Shown here: piece after piece, positions 6,752-15,573 of the stretch
How positions within the stretch are numbered: the stretch's first letter is position 1
Layout of the letters: each line of letters opens with the position of its first letter
Virus record (IMG/VR): IMGVR_UViG_3300020034_000008
Location: 1-64,000 of that record
Origin: a virus
Direction: 5' to 3' (one strand)
Length of the DNA stretch: 64,000 bases
Notes under the pieces: model-generated
What the model saw: only the letters and a program-made list of their open reading frames with translations
Databases searched by the model: none
What the model was told of the DNA's origin: nothing
Position numbers and translations under genes: made by a program

Positions 6752-8146
6752 ATGATAAAAACATCTCGCTACCTACTTCTTGTTTCAGTTCTGTCAACGC
6801 TAGTGTTCACGTCATGTGCTGGGTTTGGCACAAGTGTCAAACTAAAGGCAGAAGAACCTTCTGTTGTATCTACTCCGGTTATTACACCAAGCGGAGTGCC
6901 TAAGATACTTCTTAGGAAGCCTACACCTATTCAGTTTTGGGCAAATGTACCGGTTACTTGGTCATTAAGCTATGGGTTAGGTAACATTACGTGTTGTGGA
7001 TCGTACAATCCTCCAGCGACACATAACTCATGGAACACTGTATTTGTGATTGCAACAAGTGTTGCTGATCCAACGGTTTCATCTAGAGTTGCTGTTAGCT
7101 TCGGACCTTACGAAACACCTGTTGTTGTTGTTGAGCCGCCAGTAGTTGTGCCGACTGGCGGAGAACCACGACCTACTTGGAATCACGGCATAGGGTTCTT
7201 TGTTAAAGACGGTAAACTGTTTGATGCAAACGGAATAGAATTTATAGTGCGTGGTGTTAATAAATTACACTGGGACTCTGTAAGTGAAGGGTTAAAGAAC
7301 AGTGGAGCTAACACTGTGAGGTGGGATGTAAACATGACACGTCCTGCAGAAGGAAACGTGGCAATGCTTCTTGGGGCTGCTGATAAGGCAGGAACTGTTG
7401 GAAGCAAAGTAGTGGTGATGCCTGGTAATTGGGAGGGAACGTGTTCGTCAAATACAGACGTATTGACAAAGATTGTCGATAAATGGGTAGATCAAGCTGA
7501 AACGTGGAAGAAGTTAGAGAAGTACATGATTCTAAACATTGCTAATGAGTGGGGGCCAGCAGACAACGTGGTGTGGAGAGACAGTTATATTGCGGCAGTG
7601 AAAAGAATTCGTGCAGCAGGATGGATGGGAACTATATCTATTACAGCGGGTGCGTGTGGGCAAGATAGTCCAGATATTCTCAAATACGGACAGGCGGTAT
7701 TGGAGTCTGATTCAGAGAAGAATATAATCTTTGACTTACACGTTTATGGGTTTTTGTACGATTCAGCAGATGCAAAAGTTGCTCCTAGGTGGGGGCAAAA
7801 GGACATAAGTACAGTGTTTGCTGACTTGAAAGCTTCTGGACTGGTTGTTGTGATTGGAGAGTTTGGTCCTGGTAATAACGTAGGACCTTCACCAACAATG
7901 ATTCCACCGAAGAGGGTTGTTGAGTTGGCAGAGAAGAACGGAATTGGGTGGTTGGTGTGGGCATGGGACGACAACAATTTGATGGGTGGATTGAGTGATG
8001 ATAAGTGGTTCTCTATGTCTTATAAAGGAAAGTACGACACCTCTGCTGATTTGACTTTATTTGGAAAGGAAACAGTTGAAGATCCTGTTGTCGGATTAAA
8101 AGTTTTAGCTAAACCAGCTTCCATTTACACAGTAGGAGTTAAGTAA
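6752..8146 (+). CDS. lipoprotein glycoside hydrolase family 5 (beta-mannanase-like) with N-terminal Ig-like domain
   Basis: LFDANG..F..RGVN, NIANEW (acid/base), HVY, IGEFG (nucleophile), WxW; signal peptide ending FTS-C. Confidence 0.85.
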   Translation: MIKTSRYLLLVSVLSTLVFTSCAGFGTSVKLKAEEPSVVSTPVITPSGVPKILLRKPTPIQFWANVPVTWSLSYGLGNITCCGSYNPPATHNSWNTVFVIATSVADPTVSSRVAVSFGPYETPVVVVEPPVVVPTGGEPRPTWNHGIGFFVKDGKLFDANGIEFIVRGVNKLHWDSVSEGLKNSGANTVRWDVNMTRPAEGNVAMLLGAADKAGTVGSKVVVMPGNWEGTCSSNTDVLTKIVDKWVDQAETWKKLEKYMILNIANEWGPADNVVWRDSYIAAVKRIRAAGWMGTISITAGACGQDSPDILKYGQAVLESDSEKNIIFDLHVYGFLYDSADAKVAPRWGQKDISTVFADLKASGLVVVIGEFGPGNNVGPSPTMIPPKRVVELAEKNGIGWLVWAWDDNNLMGGLSDDKWFSMSYKGKYDTSADLTLFGKETVEDPVVGLKVLAKPASIYTVGVK

Positions 8147-8634
8147 TGTTAAAGAGAACGTGTTTTACGGTGTTAATTGTTGCTCTGCTTGGTTTTGCTG
8201 CATCGAAGTCAGCTAAAGCATTAGATTGTCTTTTTTGGTTTCCAAACTACACAGGGAACGGTTCGCCAGTATGTGTGTGGTACCAATTAGAGTTGTTACC
8301 TATTCCTGGTGCTAGATGGTGTGGCACACAAACTCAGCCAGGACCAAGAGAAGTTATGATGTGGGTCGATGTTAATTACAGTATTAACGCATACTGTATG
8401 GTAATTCCAGTTGCGCATCACAAGAGTCATGGCGGAACAAAGATGTATGACTTGTCTCCATGGGGATGGGATGACCCGTACTGGAAGATTTCTTCGTTTT
8501 GGTTTGGCTCTGAAGCTAAAGGTTTTGTTTATAGTGAGGCAGATTGGGAAGGAACAATCACTTATGTACCATCTGGGTCTGCCTGGCCGGATGTACGTTC
8601 AATGTCTATTAGTTCATTCGGTCTGTCTTACTAA
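8146..8634 (+). CDS. secreted protein with beta/gamma-crystallin-like motifs
   Basis: Signal peptide AKA; WVDVNYS...ISSF..G.....VYSEADWEG...ISSF pattern. Confidence 0.55.
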   Translation: MLKRTCFTVLIVALLGFAASKSAKALDCLFWFPNYTGNGSPVCVWYQLELLPIPGARWCGTQTQPGPREVMMWVDVNYSINAYCMVIPVAHHKSHGGTKMYDLSPWGWDDPYWKISSFWFGSEAKGFVYSEADWEGTITYVPSGSAWPDVRSMSISSFGLSY

Positions 8635-8638
8635 CTAA

Positions 8639-9169
8639 ATGAGTATCGCCATGCGCACTCTGCTGTTGTTTGTATTGTTTTGGTGTTTGGTGTTTTTATT
8701 TTCAAGTGGATGCGGAAGCATAAGTAGTCAAACAGCAAGAGGCGTGTGGGTTGAAGATGGGATTCCAATTGAACTAGCGTTAAGGGCCTGTTCCACTTGG
8801 GAGCCTGTTGGTGTAGAGTGCGTGGAAGCTGAATCTCGTGACTTAGCTCTGGTCGTTGTGAGTGACAGTCACGAGATCGGCTGCGAGCCAGCAGGAGGTG
8901 TTGTGTGGGCTGGTTCTGGTGGAAGAGGTATATCACCAGGATTCAGAGACTCATCAATTCCACAGAACGGATGGGTACACATACATATGGGTTGCTGGCC
9001 TGATTTGTCTTATTTGACTGATCCTAATTTCTTACCTGAGATGGCGCATGAATTTGGCCACGCATTTGGTTGTAGTCATGTTGAAAGAGGCGATGCACTG
9101 ATGTTTGCAGGAGGTGGACCTATGCGATTGACGACAGAAGATGTTAATGAATATTGGAGAGTGAACTAG
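8639..9169 (+). CDS. lipoprotein matrixin/metzincin metalloprotease
   Basis: HEFGHAFGCSH (HExxHxxGxxH) plus ALM Met-turn; SG-C lipobox. Confidence 0.85.
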   Translation: MSIAMRTLLLFVLFWCLVFLFSSGCGSISSQTARGVWVEDGIPIELALRACSTWEPVGVECVEAESRDLALVVVSDSHEIGCEPAGGVVWAGSGGRGISPGFRDSSIPQNGWVHIHMGCWPDLSYLTDPNFLPEMAHEFGHAFGCSHVERGDALMFAGGGPMRLTTEDVNEYWRVN

Positions 9170-9227
9170 TGACAGCCCAACAACAGCGCGAAAAGATTTA
9201 CCGGGATGCGCTTGTCGCGAAAGGTGA

Positions 9228-9887
9228 ATGCACATGAAACCCGCACGTCAGTTCGCGAACGAAATTGATCAGGCGCGCTTCGTCGACATATTGGGCATGG
9301 TTGAAACCGACCGTCGCGAAGTGCGCGCAGCGGCGTTGCGGGAGGCAGTTAAGGCACTGCGGTCGGCCGACTTCCTGGCGGACGGTTATCGCGCCGTAGT
9401 CGAGATGGCCGATGCGGCACATGAGTCTGTGTGCCCTTTTGATGCGACCAAGGTGGCCGACCGCGCGGAGCGAGGCGTGGGCTGGGAGTCACCGCCCGTG
9501 CAGCCATCGCCGCAACCAGAGCCCAGCCCGGAGTGGGCTGAATTTGAGGGCGGTGAAGTGCTGAGCCCCATCCCGGACGCGCCGGTACGGGGACCCAAGT
9601 GCACCTGTTGGGAAGGACTGGAGTTTGGAATTCACGCGTGCACATGTGGCCCACCCAAACCGCCCGTCCCCTCGCGCGCCGACGCCGAGGCCGACGAAAC
9701 AGAGGTGCGACGCTTAACCAACGACGCGGCCAAGAAACACGCGATTCGTTCGGTCCCCTCGTGCGCGGAGTTGATTGAGTTGATGTGTGCAAAACTAGGC
9801 TGCCCGGTAAGTAGCCAACTTGGCCGTGACCTGGCCGATGGCCTCGATGCGCTCATCAAAGCCGGGGCGGTGCGAAATGGCCTGTAA
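9228..9887 (+). CDS. hypothetical protein (GC-rich insert)
   Basis: 219-aa ORF with Pro-rich linker and CTC..CTC. Confidence 0.55.
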   Translation: MHMKPARQFANEIDQARFVDILGMVETDRREVRAAALREAVKALRSADFLADGYRAVVEMADAAHESVCPFDATKVADRAERGVGWESPPVQPSPQPEPSPEWAEFEGGEVLSPIPDAPVRGPKCTCWEGLEFGIHACTCGPPKPPVPSRADAEADETEVRRLTNDAAKKHAIRSVPSCAELIELMCAKLGCPVSSQLGRDLADGLDALIKAGAVRNGL

Positions 9888-9926
9888 ATGGTGTGGTCTC
9901 CTTGGTGGCTGCTGGCGGTGTAAGCC

Positions 9927-10181
9927 ATGAACCCGTCGGCGCTTGAGATTCTCCGGGCGTTCGCGAAGCAGGTTGCCAGCACCGACGAAGCCAGGAACTG
10001 GTTTATGGCCGCCCGCGCCGCGCTCGACGCGGCGGCGAAAGCGGAAGCCGAGCAACCGCCCCCGGCGCACATTGAGCGGTGCAACGCCATGGCCTGGAAT
10101 GGCGAGCGTTGCGTGATGGGCAAAGACGATGGGCACTCATTTCATGCCGCCGAGCGAAGTACGTGGCCGGTGCATCGATGA
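9927..10181 (+). CDS. hypothetical protein, paralogue A (MNPSALEILRA)
   Basis: N-terminal half duplicated in the next ORF; C-terminal C..C..H..H. Confidence 0.6.
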   Translation: MNPSALEILRAFAKQVASTDEARNWFMAARAALDAAAKAEAEQPPPAHIERCNAMAWNGERCVMGKDDGHSFHAAERSTWPVHR

Positions 10182-10459
10182 TCGCCCTGCGCGCCATGAA
10201 CCCGACGGCGATTGAGATTCTCCGGGCGGCGATGGAAGAGATTGCGCGCGACAGCATTGACCTCGCCTGGCAAAAGGACTTCGCCCGCGCCGCGCTCGAA
10301 GCGGCGGCGAAAGCGCCGGGTATTGCTGACAACAATGAGATGCACGCCGTTGCTTTGGCCGCTATTCAGCGGTGCGTGAACATCGGCCCGAATTCTAGAG
10401 AGACCGTCGCCGACGCTGTGCTGGTGGCCGTTGACGAATGGATGCGCGGTGGTAAATGA
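10178..10459 (+). CDS. hypothetical protein, paralogue B (..MNPTAIEILRA)
   Basis: ATGA overlaps at both ends; alternative start at 10196. Confidence 0.6.
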   Translation: MIALRAMNPTAIEILRAAMEEIARDSIDLAWQKDFARAALEAAAKAPGIADNNEMHAVALAAIQRCVNIGPNSRETVADAVLVAVDEWMRGGK

Positions 10460-10674
10460 AACGTCGACTTGAGTTGATTGTTACACACTCAATTACAGCC
10501 CCTGGACATTTATCTCTGCGCGCTATTGACGAGTTTGGAAATCAACATTCACTTCAACATGCATTAGATACTACAGGATTTGAAGCAGGAGACAGAGTGG
10601 CGCTTATAGACATAGAAGATGTAACAGCACGACCACCAGAAGTATTAATAGAGATTATAGAGGCAATGGACTAG
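10456..10674 (+). CDS. hypothetical protein
   Basis: 72-aa ORF, coupled start. Confidence 0.6.
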   Translation: MKRRLELIVTHSITAPGHLSLRAIDEFGNQHSLQHALDTTGFEAGDRVALIDIEDVTARPPEVLIEIIEAMD

Positions 10675-10677
10675 TAA

Positions 10678-11970
10678 ATGCGCACTGATGTTATGTACCG
10701 AGTAGAAGCAACAAGTTCTACTGTTGAGAAAGTTGCACTGCTGAAGACGATTGCAGACGATCGGTTGACAGTAGAATTATTGAGATTGGCATTGGACCCG
10801 TATATTACATTCGGTGTTACTATGAACCGAGAGACAATGTTGCGATTGGCTCAAAAACACCTAGAAGATGATTTTCCTGTTAGCGGCGGTAGTGCATATA
10901 TTACTGAAAATATGGCAATTCTTGGAAATGCAACACATACAATATACTGGTGGGAAGCATTTATATTAGTTCTTAATACTCTGTCTAAACGTGGTTTGAC
11001 AGGTAGTAAAGCAGAGAAGGCTGTAAATGATGTAATTGCAGCAGCACCTAGTCTTGCAGTAGCTGATTGGGCATGGCGCATTCTGAACAAAGATTTGCGG
11101 TGTGGAGTAAGCGTTACACTTGCTCTGAAAGCATTTCCTGGGTTGGTTAAGCCGTTTGCTGTTGCCTACGCGCACCCGTATAGAGACCAAGAGTTAAATT
11201 ACGATGGCTTTATTGAGCCGAAGTATGATGGTGAACGCTGCGTATACATTCGTGGCAAGGCAATGTCACGATACGGACTAGAGATGCCAGGTGCTCACGC
11301 TGCTCTAACATTGTCTGAACGCTTTAAAGATGACTGGGTGTTTGACGGAGAATTGTATAAACACGGAACACCGTTGAATATTATTCACGGTATGGCCAGT
11401 AAATCTGCGCCAAATGATCTTGTGTACGTTGTATTCGACGCAATTAACATAGATGAGTGGGATGTGCAAAATACTAGTTCATTTTACGATCGTAGAACAG
11501 ATTTAATGAGTCTTAGTTCTGGTTTTGGGTCACAAGTACAATGTACGCCATCTGAGTTTATTAATAGTGAAGGAGTTACAATTGAGTATCTATTGCAATG
11601 GCGAGATTATTGGCGTGAAGAAGGTTACGAAGGTGCAATGTGGAAGCGCTCTGACGCTAAATACTCATTTAGGCGAACTAACGACGTTATAAAACTGAAG
11701 ATGTTTGAGACTGTAGACGGTAAGATAGTTGACATGTACGAAGGCGAAGGAAAACACGCTGGAAGATTAGGCGGTCTTGTCATAGAACTACCAAGTGGTG
11801 TACAAACGAGGCTGGGTGGTGGTTTTAGCGACGCTCAGCGAGATGAGTTTTGGCAACTTGGCTCATCAATGTTTGGTCAGTATGTAGAAGGAATGGCGCA
11901 GGAAGGTAAGACTAAGAATGGAAAACTTCGTCACGGTAACTTTGTTCGTCTGCGTCCAGACAAGGAGTAG
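10678..11970 (+). CDS. lig: ATP-dependent DNA ligase
   Basis: EPKYDGER (motif I), DGEL, VFD, EGAMWK, KLK, C-terminal OB fold (GGGFSD, LRHGNF.RLRPDK). Confidence 0.95.
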   Translation: MRTDVMYRVEATSSTVEKVALLKTIADDRLTVELLRLALDPYITFGVTMNRETMLRLAQKHLEDDFPVSGGSAYITENMAILGNATHTIYWWEAFILVLNTLSKRGLTGSKAEKAVNDVIAAAPSLAVADWAWRILNKDLRCGVSVTLALKAFPGLVKPFAVAYAHPYRDQELNYDGFIEPKYDGERCVYIRGKAMSRYGLEMPGAHAALTLSERFKDDWVFDGELYKHGTPLNIIHGMASKSAPNDLVYVVFDAINIDEWDVQNTSSFYDRRTDLMSLSSGFGSQVQCTPSEFINSEGVTIEYLLQWRDYWREEGYEGAMWKRSDAKYSFRRTNDVIKLKMFETVDGKIVDMYEGEGKHAGRLGGLVIELPSGVQTRLGGGFSDAQRDEFWQLGSSMFGQYVEGMAQEGKTKNGKLRHGNFVRLRPDKE

Positions 11971-11973
11971 GAC

Positions 11974-12201
11974 GTGAGAGCTATTATAACTAAACCAGTT
12001 GTAGATAACACTGGTTTTACTATATTCAGCGTTGGGCAGACTGTAAAAGGTAAATTAATGGCGCATACTGCTCCAGATGAACAGTGGGCTGATGTTGGTG
12101 CATTTATTGTTAAAGTAGACGGATTTGAGTACGCTGTAGAGTGTGGCTACTTTAAACGACCATTTCGTATGCGTATAGAGGATTTTCTGTCTAGAGAGTA
12201 A
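11974..12201 (+). CDS. hypothetical protein
   Basis: AGGAG RBS. Confidence 0.6.
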   Translation: MRAIITKPVVDNTGFTIFSVGQTVKGKLMAHTAPDEQWADVGAFIVKVDGFEYAVECGYFKRPFRMRIEDFLSRE

Positions 12202-12205
12202 AATT

Positions 12206-12880
12206 ATGAAGTACATCGTCATATGTCTGTTGTTAATCGGTTGTGGGTCTATAACTGAGTCTATAGACGAGCATCCAGACTCTAGACAGTTCGATGTAGT
12301 GCCATCTGCGGATATTAATGGTACAGGTGGAACCAATGGATCTGGTGGCAATGTATCGCTAGATACAGGCACAGGTGGCTATACGCCTACAGGTAGTGGA
12401 GGGTCGTCACCAGGTACTGGAGGAGTGCAAGGCTCAGGTGGCTCGACACAAGCTACAGGTGGTAATAATGGTTCAGGAGGTTCAACTCCTGTAGCTTTAG
12501 CCTGTGGCCTGTCTCTGCCTATTTGCCCAGACACTGTTAGATCTGTTTATTTTAGCTTGGTTTACGCTATTCCTAACGATACAACAGGTTCACGAGAAGC
12601 AAGAATTTGTGCAATTAATGCACAAGGAGTGTCAATAGTAGACGACAAAGGTTCATTTGATAATGTACGTTGTGGTAACTGCGCAATGGGTATTGCAAGT
12701 GGAAAGCGTGGAGTATATAATTGCTTGATTCCAGCTTTTACAGTTCTTGGTGTGCATATGACGCTTCCAATAACAACAGAAACAGCTGTATACTGCCTGC
12801 CTCCTAATGGTAACTGTCCAGATGTCGGTGTTAAGTACACTAAATGGGATGGACATGAGTCTATAAATGGAGAACAGTAA
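12206..12880 (+). CDS. lipoprotein with Gly/Thr/Ser-rich linker and Cys-rich C-terminal domain
   Basis: LIG-C lipobox; repeated GTGG/GSGG. Confidence 0.75.
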   Translation: MKYIVICLLLIGCGSITESIDEHPDSRQFDVVPSADINGTGGTNGSGGNVSLDTGTGGYTPTGSGGSSPGTGGVQGSGGSTQATGGNNGSGGSTPVALACGLSLPICPDTVRSVYFSLVYAIPNDTTGSREARICAINAQGVSIVDDKGSFDNVRCGNCAMGIASGKRGVYNCLIPAFTVLGVHMTLPITTETAVYCLPPNGNCPDVGVKYTKWDGHESINGEQ

Positions 12881-12884
12881 GTAA

Positions 12885-13091
12885 ATGGCAAAGCAGGTAT
12901 CGTTAACACGTAAACATAAGACTGCGCTGGTTGATCTGTTTCAAGGTTCAACTAGTGTTGATGATCTCGATTTACAAGTAAAAATAGAGCTTATAGCTGC
13001 TGGATTGATTGACTATGGAGTTTTAACAAAAGAAGGCACCGTTAAAGCTCAAGAGTTGCTTGCTAAGGTAAAAAATGAGACCAAAACCTAA
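12885..13091 (+). CDS. hypothetical protein (possible winged-helix-like)
   Basis: LIAAGLID.G.LTKEG pattern. Confidence 0.6.
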   Translation: MAKQVSLTRKHKTALVDLFQGSTSVDDLDLQVKIELIAAGLIDYGVLTKEGTVKAQELLAKVKNETKT

Positions 13092-13305
13092 TAAAGGTCA
13101 GATCATTGCTTTGCCTGGTGCAGCTAGAGCAGATGATGCTCTAAAGTATTTACGCACTATTCTGGAAAATGATAAGCCAGATGGCGTTATACTTATAACT
13201 GTTGTAAAAGGCGTGGTAGATTTCAGGTTCTTCGGTCAAATTATAAGAAATGAACTGGCGTGGGCTGGTGCCACACTTTCATACGAAGCTGTACGGGAGG
13301 ATTGA
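13075..13305 (+). CDS. hypothetical protein
   Basis: 76-aa ORF tiling the operon. Confidence 0.6.
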   Translation: MRPKPNKGQIIALPGAARADDALKYLRTILENDKPDGVILITVVKGVVDFRFFGQIIRNELAWAGATLSYEAVRED

Positions 13306-13307
13306 AC

Positions 13308-13595
13308 ATGTTGAAGATTTTTACACTGTTTATGATAGTAATCTGTTTTGCTTTAGTTATTTCACGTACTAGCAAAGCCGCTTGCAAGGTCACCAACGAC
13401 ACTAACTTCTCGTTTACAGTGTCATCTGGACGCACCAGTAACCAACGCATACCTGCGCGCACGACAACGTTTGTGTCAGCAGGCAAGATCGTTGGAACAG
13501 CCCCTGATGGAACAACAATTGGTGGTTATTGCAATGATAGCGACGAACTTGTCATCAAATTATTTAAGGGCGTACCAGTGTTACTGCCACAATAA
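13308..13595 (+). CDS. secreted small protein
   Basis: GGAGG RBS, signal peptide (SKA-A). Confidence 0.65.
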   Translation: MLKIFTLFMIVICFALVISRTSKAACKVTNDTNFSFTVSSGRTSNQRIPARTTTFVSAGKIVGTAPDGTTIGGYCNDSDELVIKLFKGVPVLLPQ

Positions 13596-13636
13596 AACGA
13601 ACACAACCTAGGCACCACACCCTTACAAGTTTCGTC

Positions 13637-13822
13637 TTACCGTCTTTCATGCGTGTCTGACCGCACGCTGGCACGGTCGCTCCAATTGCCAACGCACAGA
13701 CCGATAAAACCAGCAACAATCAACGCATAACCGTAGCGTTGAACTTTTTCAGGCACTGGCATAAAGAACAGCAAAGTACCTATCAGAGCAATGATTGCAG
13801 GAAACGCTAATGAAATGGTCAT
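13637..13822 (-). CDS. small two-helix membrane protein
   Basis: Two hydrophobic stretches; lone antisense gene in a + strand gap. Confidence 0.55.
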   Translation of the reverse strand: MTISLAFPAIIALIGTLLFFMPVPEKVQRYGYALIVAGFIGLCVGNWSDRASVRSDTHERR

Positions 13823-13930
13823 ACTTGGAACATAGAAACGAATGTTAGTCTCAGTGCAGCATAATCGTACACTTTAGTTCAACTATGTAATTTAGCTTAT
13901 TATTTGGATAGTCGTTGTACATGAAATCTT

Positions 13931-14161
13931 GTGTTATATACTCAGGTTGTGGATGAAATTAGCCACGAAGACAAAACAGTTGCACGATGTATAAAATGCG
14001 GTCGTAAAGCATGGTTAGGAGGTCCATATACACCTGACGAGAAAATGGTGCGAGAGACTTGGCCTTGGTGCGCTAGTGGCCCAGGTTGGATGTGGTGTCA
14101 TTATTTCGACCAATACGAGTTGACCTTTGAAGACGATTTAACTGTCGTAGACAAAAAATGA
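13931..14161 (+). CDS. hypothetical protein with CxxC
   Basis: Followed by a terminator; start uncertain. Confidence 0.55.
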   Translation: MLYTQVVDEISHEDKTVARCIKCGRKAWLGGPYTPDEKMVRETWPWCASGPGWMWCHYFDQYELTFEDDLTVVDKK

Positions 14162-14162
14162 G

Positions 14163-14202
14163 GTGCTTCTAGGTGGTGAGCTTAGAGGCACTTTTTCTTT
14201 TT
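14163..14202 (+). terminator. rho-independent terminator
   Basis: GTGCTTCTAGG/CTTAGAGGCAC stem followed by a T-rich run. Confidence 0.7.
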
Positions 14203-14205
14203 GTC

Positions 14206-14235
14206 TTGATTTTGTAATACAAAATAGTCTACGTT
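14206..14235 (+). promoter_or_regulatory. sigma70-like promoter (TTGATT-N18-TACGTT) overlapped by palindromic operator ATTTTGTAATACAAAAT
   Basis: Palindrome 14209-14225; near-identical copy at 62119-62137. Confidence 0.6.
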
Positions 14236-14257
14236 CCCTTGCAGGAGGAGATCACTG

Positions 14258-14449
14258 ATGCCAAAATGCCGATGTAAGCCCGACTGTAAACTGGAGATAG
14301 AGATTGGTACGCCAATTGTGTATGTGAGTTTTTTCCAAATGCCGAAACCAACTGCTACAGTAGCTCTGGAACATTTACGTCAAACTGAAATTCCTGCTGT
14401 AGTTTCGTTGGTTGACGAAAATCCGAAACGGAATGGGCAGGTCGGTTAA
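14258..14449 (+). CDS. hypothetical Cys-containing protein
   Basis: AGGAGG RBS. Confidence 0.65.
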   Translation: MPKCRCKPDCKLEIEIGTPIVYVSFFQMPKPTATVALEHLRQTEIPAVVSLVDENPKRNGQVG

Positions 14450-14630
14450 GGGTAAAGCCCAACGAGGGCGCTCTATCTCTGTAAGAATACCAGATGAAGA
14501 CTACGTAGCACTAGAGTTAATCAAAAGTAAAGACTCAACAGGAAATCTTTCTATCAGTGACCTTGTTTTACACGGTATAAGGCTAGTAACAGGCAAAACT
14601 ACAGCTGAGCGTAAAACATGGAGTCTTTAA
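14433..14630 (+). CDS. ribbon-helix-helix DNA-binding protein
   Basis: RSISVRIPDEDYVALELI...SISDLVLHGI fits the RHH strand-helix-helix pattern. Confidence 0.7.
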   Translation: MGRSVKGKAQRGRSISVRIPDEDYVALELIKSKDSTGNLSISDLVLHGIRLVTGKTTAERKTWSL

Positions 14631-14632
14631 AT

Positions 14633-14857
14633 ATGCCAACTACAGCGACTATAACTAAAGTGTTGCTGACAAAAGTGTTAAATAACCACTATTGTACATC
14701 TCGTAAGTCAATACCAATGTATTGGCGGCCAATAGAGTTAGTAATTGCTCTATACCCTGAAACGGCTACAGATTTACAAGGTCTTTCACCAGCAGTAGCT
14801 TCATTCTGTGTAGTGTGTGGTGCTTTGTGGGTTGTTGTGCAGCGAGGTGATAATTGA
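14633..14857 (+). CDS. hypothetical protein with CxxC
   Basis: GGAG RBS; HYC...CVVCG. Confidence 0.55.
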   Translation: MPTTATITKVLLTKVLNNHYCTSRKSIPMYWRPIELVIALYPETATDLQGLSPAVASFCVVCGALWVVVQRGDN

Positions 14858-14859
14858 TT

Positions 14860-15063
14860 ATGTCTATTGTAGAAGATGAGGCTGCAATAAATCAGGCTTT
14901 AATCGCTACGTATGAAACTCGTGGTAGTGAGAGCTATATTCGTGTACGACCTAATGCACCACAAACTTATTATCCTGCGCAAGGTGGAGCCATAGTATTA
15001 ACATTCGATGCACTTGATGGTCTTGTTGAACTAGCAAAAAGGCATGGCTGGAAAGCACTATAA
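14860..15063 (+). CDS. hypothetical protein
   Basis: GAGGTG RBS. Confidence 0.6.
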   Translation: MSIVEDEAAINQALIATYETRGSESYIRVRPNAPQTYYPAQGGAIVLTFDALDGLVELAKRHGWKAL

Positions 15064-15064
15064 T

Positions 15065-15565
15065 ATGAATGAGCTTACTATAGCTACGCTGCTAATAGCA
15101 GAACAAGAGATAGGTGTAAGAGAAGATCCTAAAAGACCAAATCGTGGTAAACGTGTTGAAGAGTATCTACGGTTTGTTGGTCTTGACCCAGATAAAGGTG
15201 GTGCTAAAGGGTACCCTTGGTGCGCAGCTTTTGTCTGTTGGTGTGTAGGCCAGGCATTACTAGAGACTGGAATGCGACCTAGTTTGCGTTATTCAGGACG
15301 AGTGTTTAGACTACTTGAACTAAACCCTGGTTTAGTTTTGCCTGGTCCAATCGTAGGATCAATTTTCATTCATTTAAATCCCGATCAGACTGGGCACACT
15401 GGGTTTATTACGGGTTTGCGAGAGGGCGATTTTGTCGATACGCTAGAGGGAAATACCGACGGAGCAGGCAGTCGAACAGGTGGGCAGGTGATGAGGCAGG
15501 TTCGACCATACAGCTACGTGAAGAATTACCTAAAAATCGTCCCCCATGTTAGTCTAGTTGCCTAG
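15065..15565 (+). CDS. CHAP-domain peptidoglycan hydrolase (probable endolysin)
   Basis: GVRE...NRG..V..Y, PWCAAFV, GHTGF, EGNT. Confidence 0.9.
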   Translation: MNELTIATLLIAEQEIGVREDPKRPNRGKRVEEYLRFVGLDPDKGGAKGYPWCAAFVCWCVGQALLETGMRPSLRYSGRVFRLLELNPGLVLPGPIVGSIFIHLNPDQTGHTGFITGLREGDFVDTLEGNTDGAGSRTGGQVMRQVRPYSYVKNYLKIVPHVSLVA

Positions 15566-15573
15566 GAGGACCG

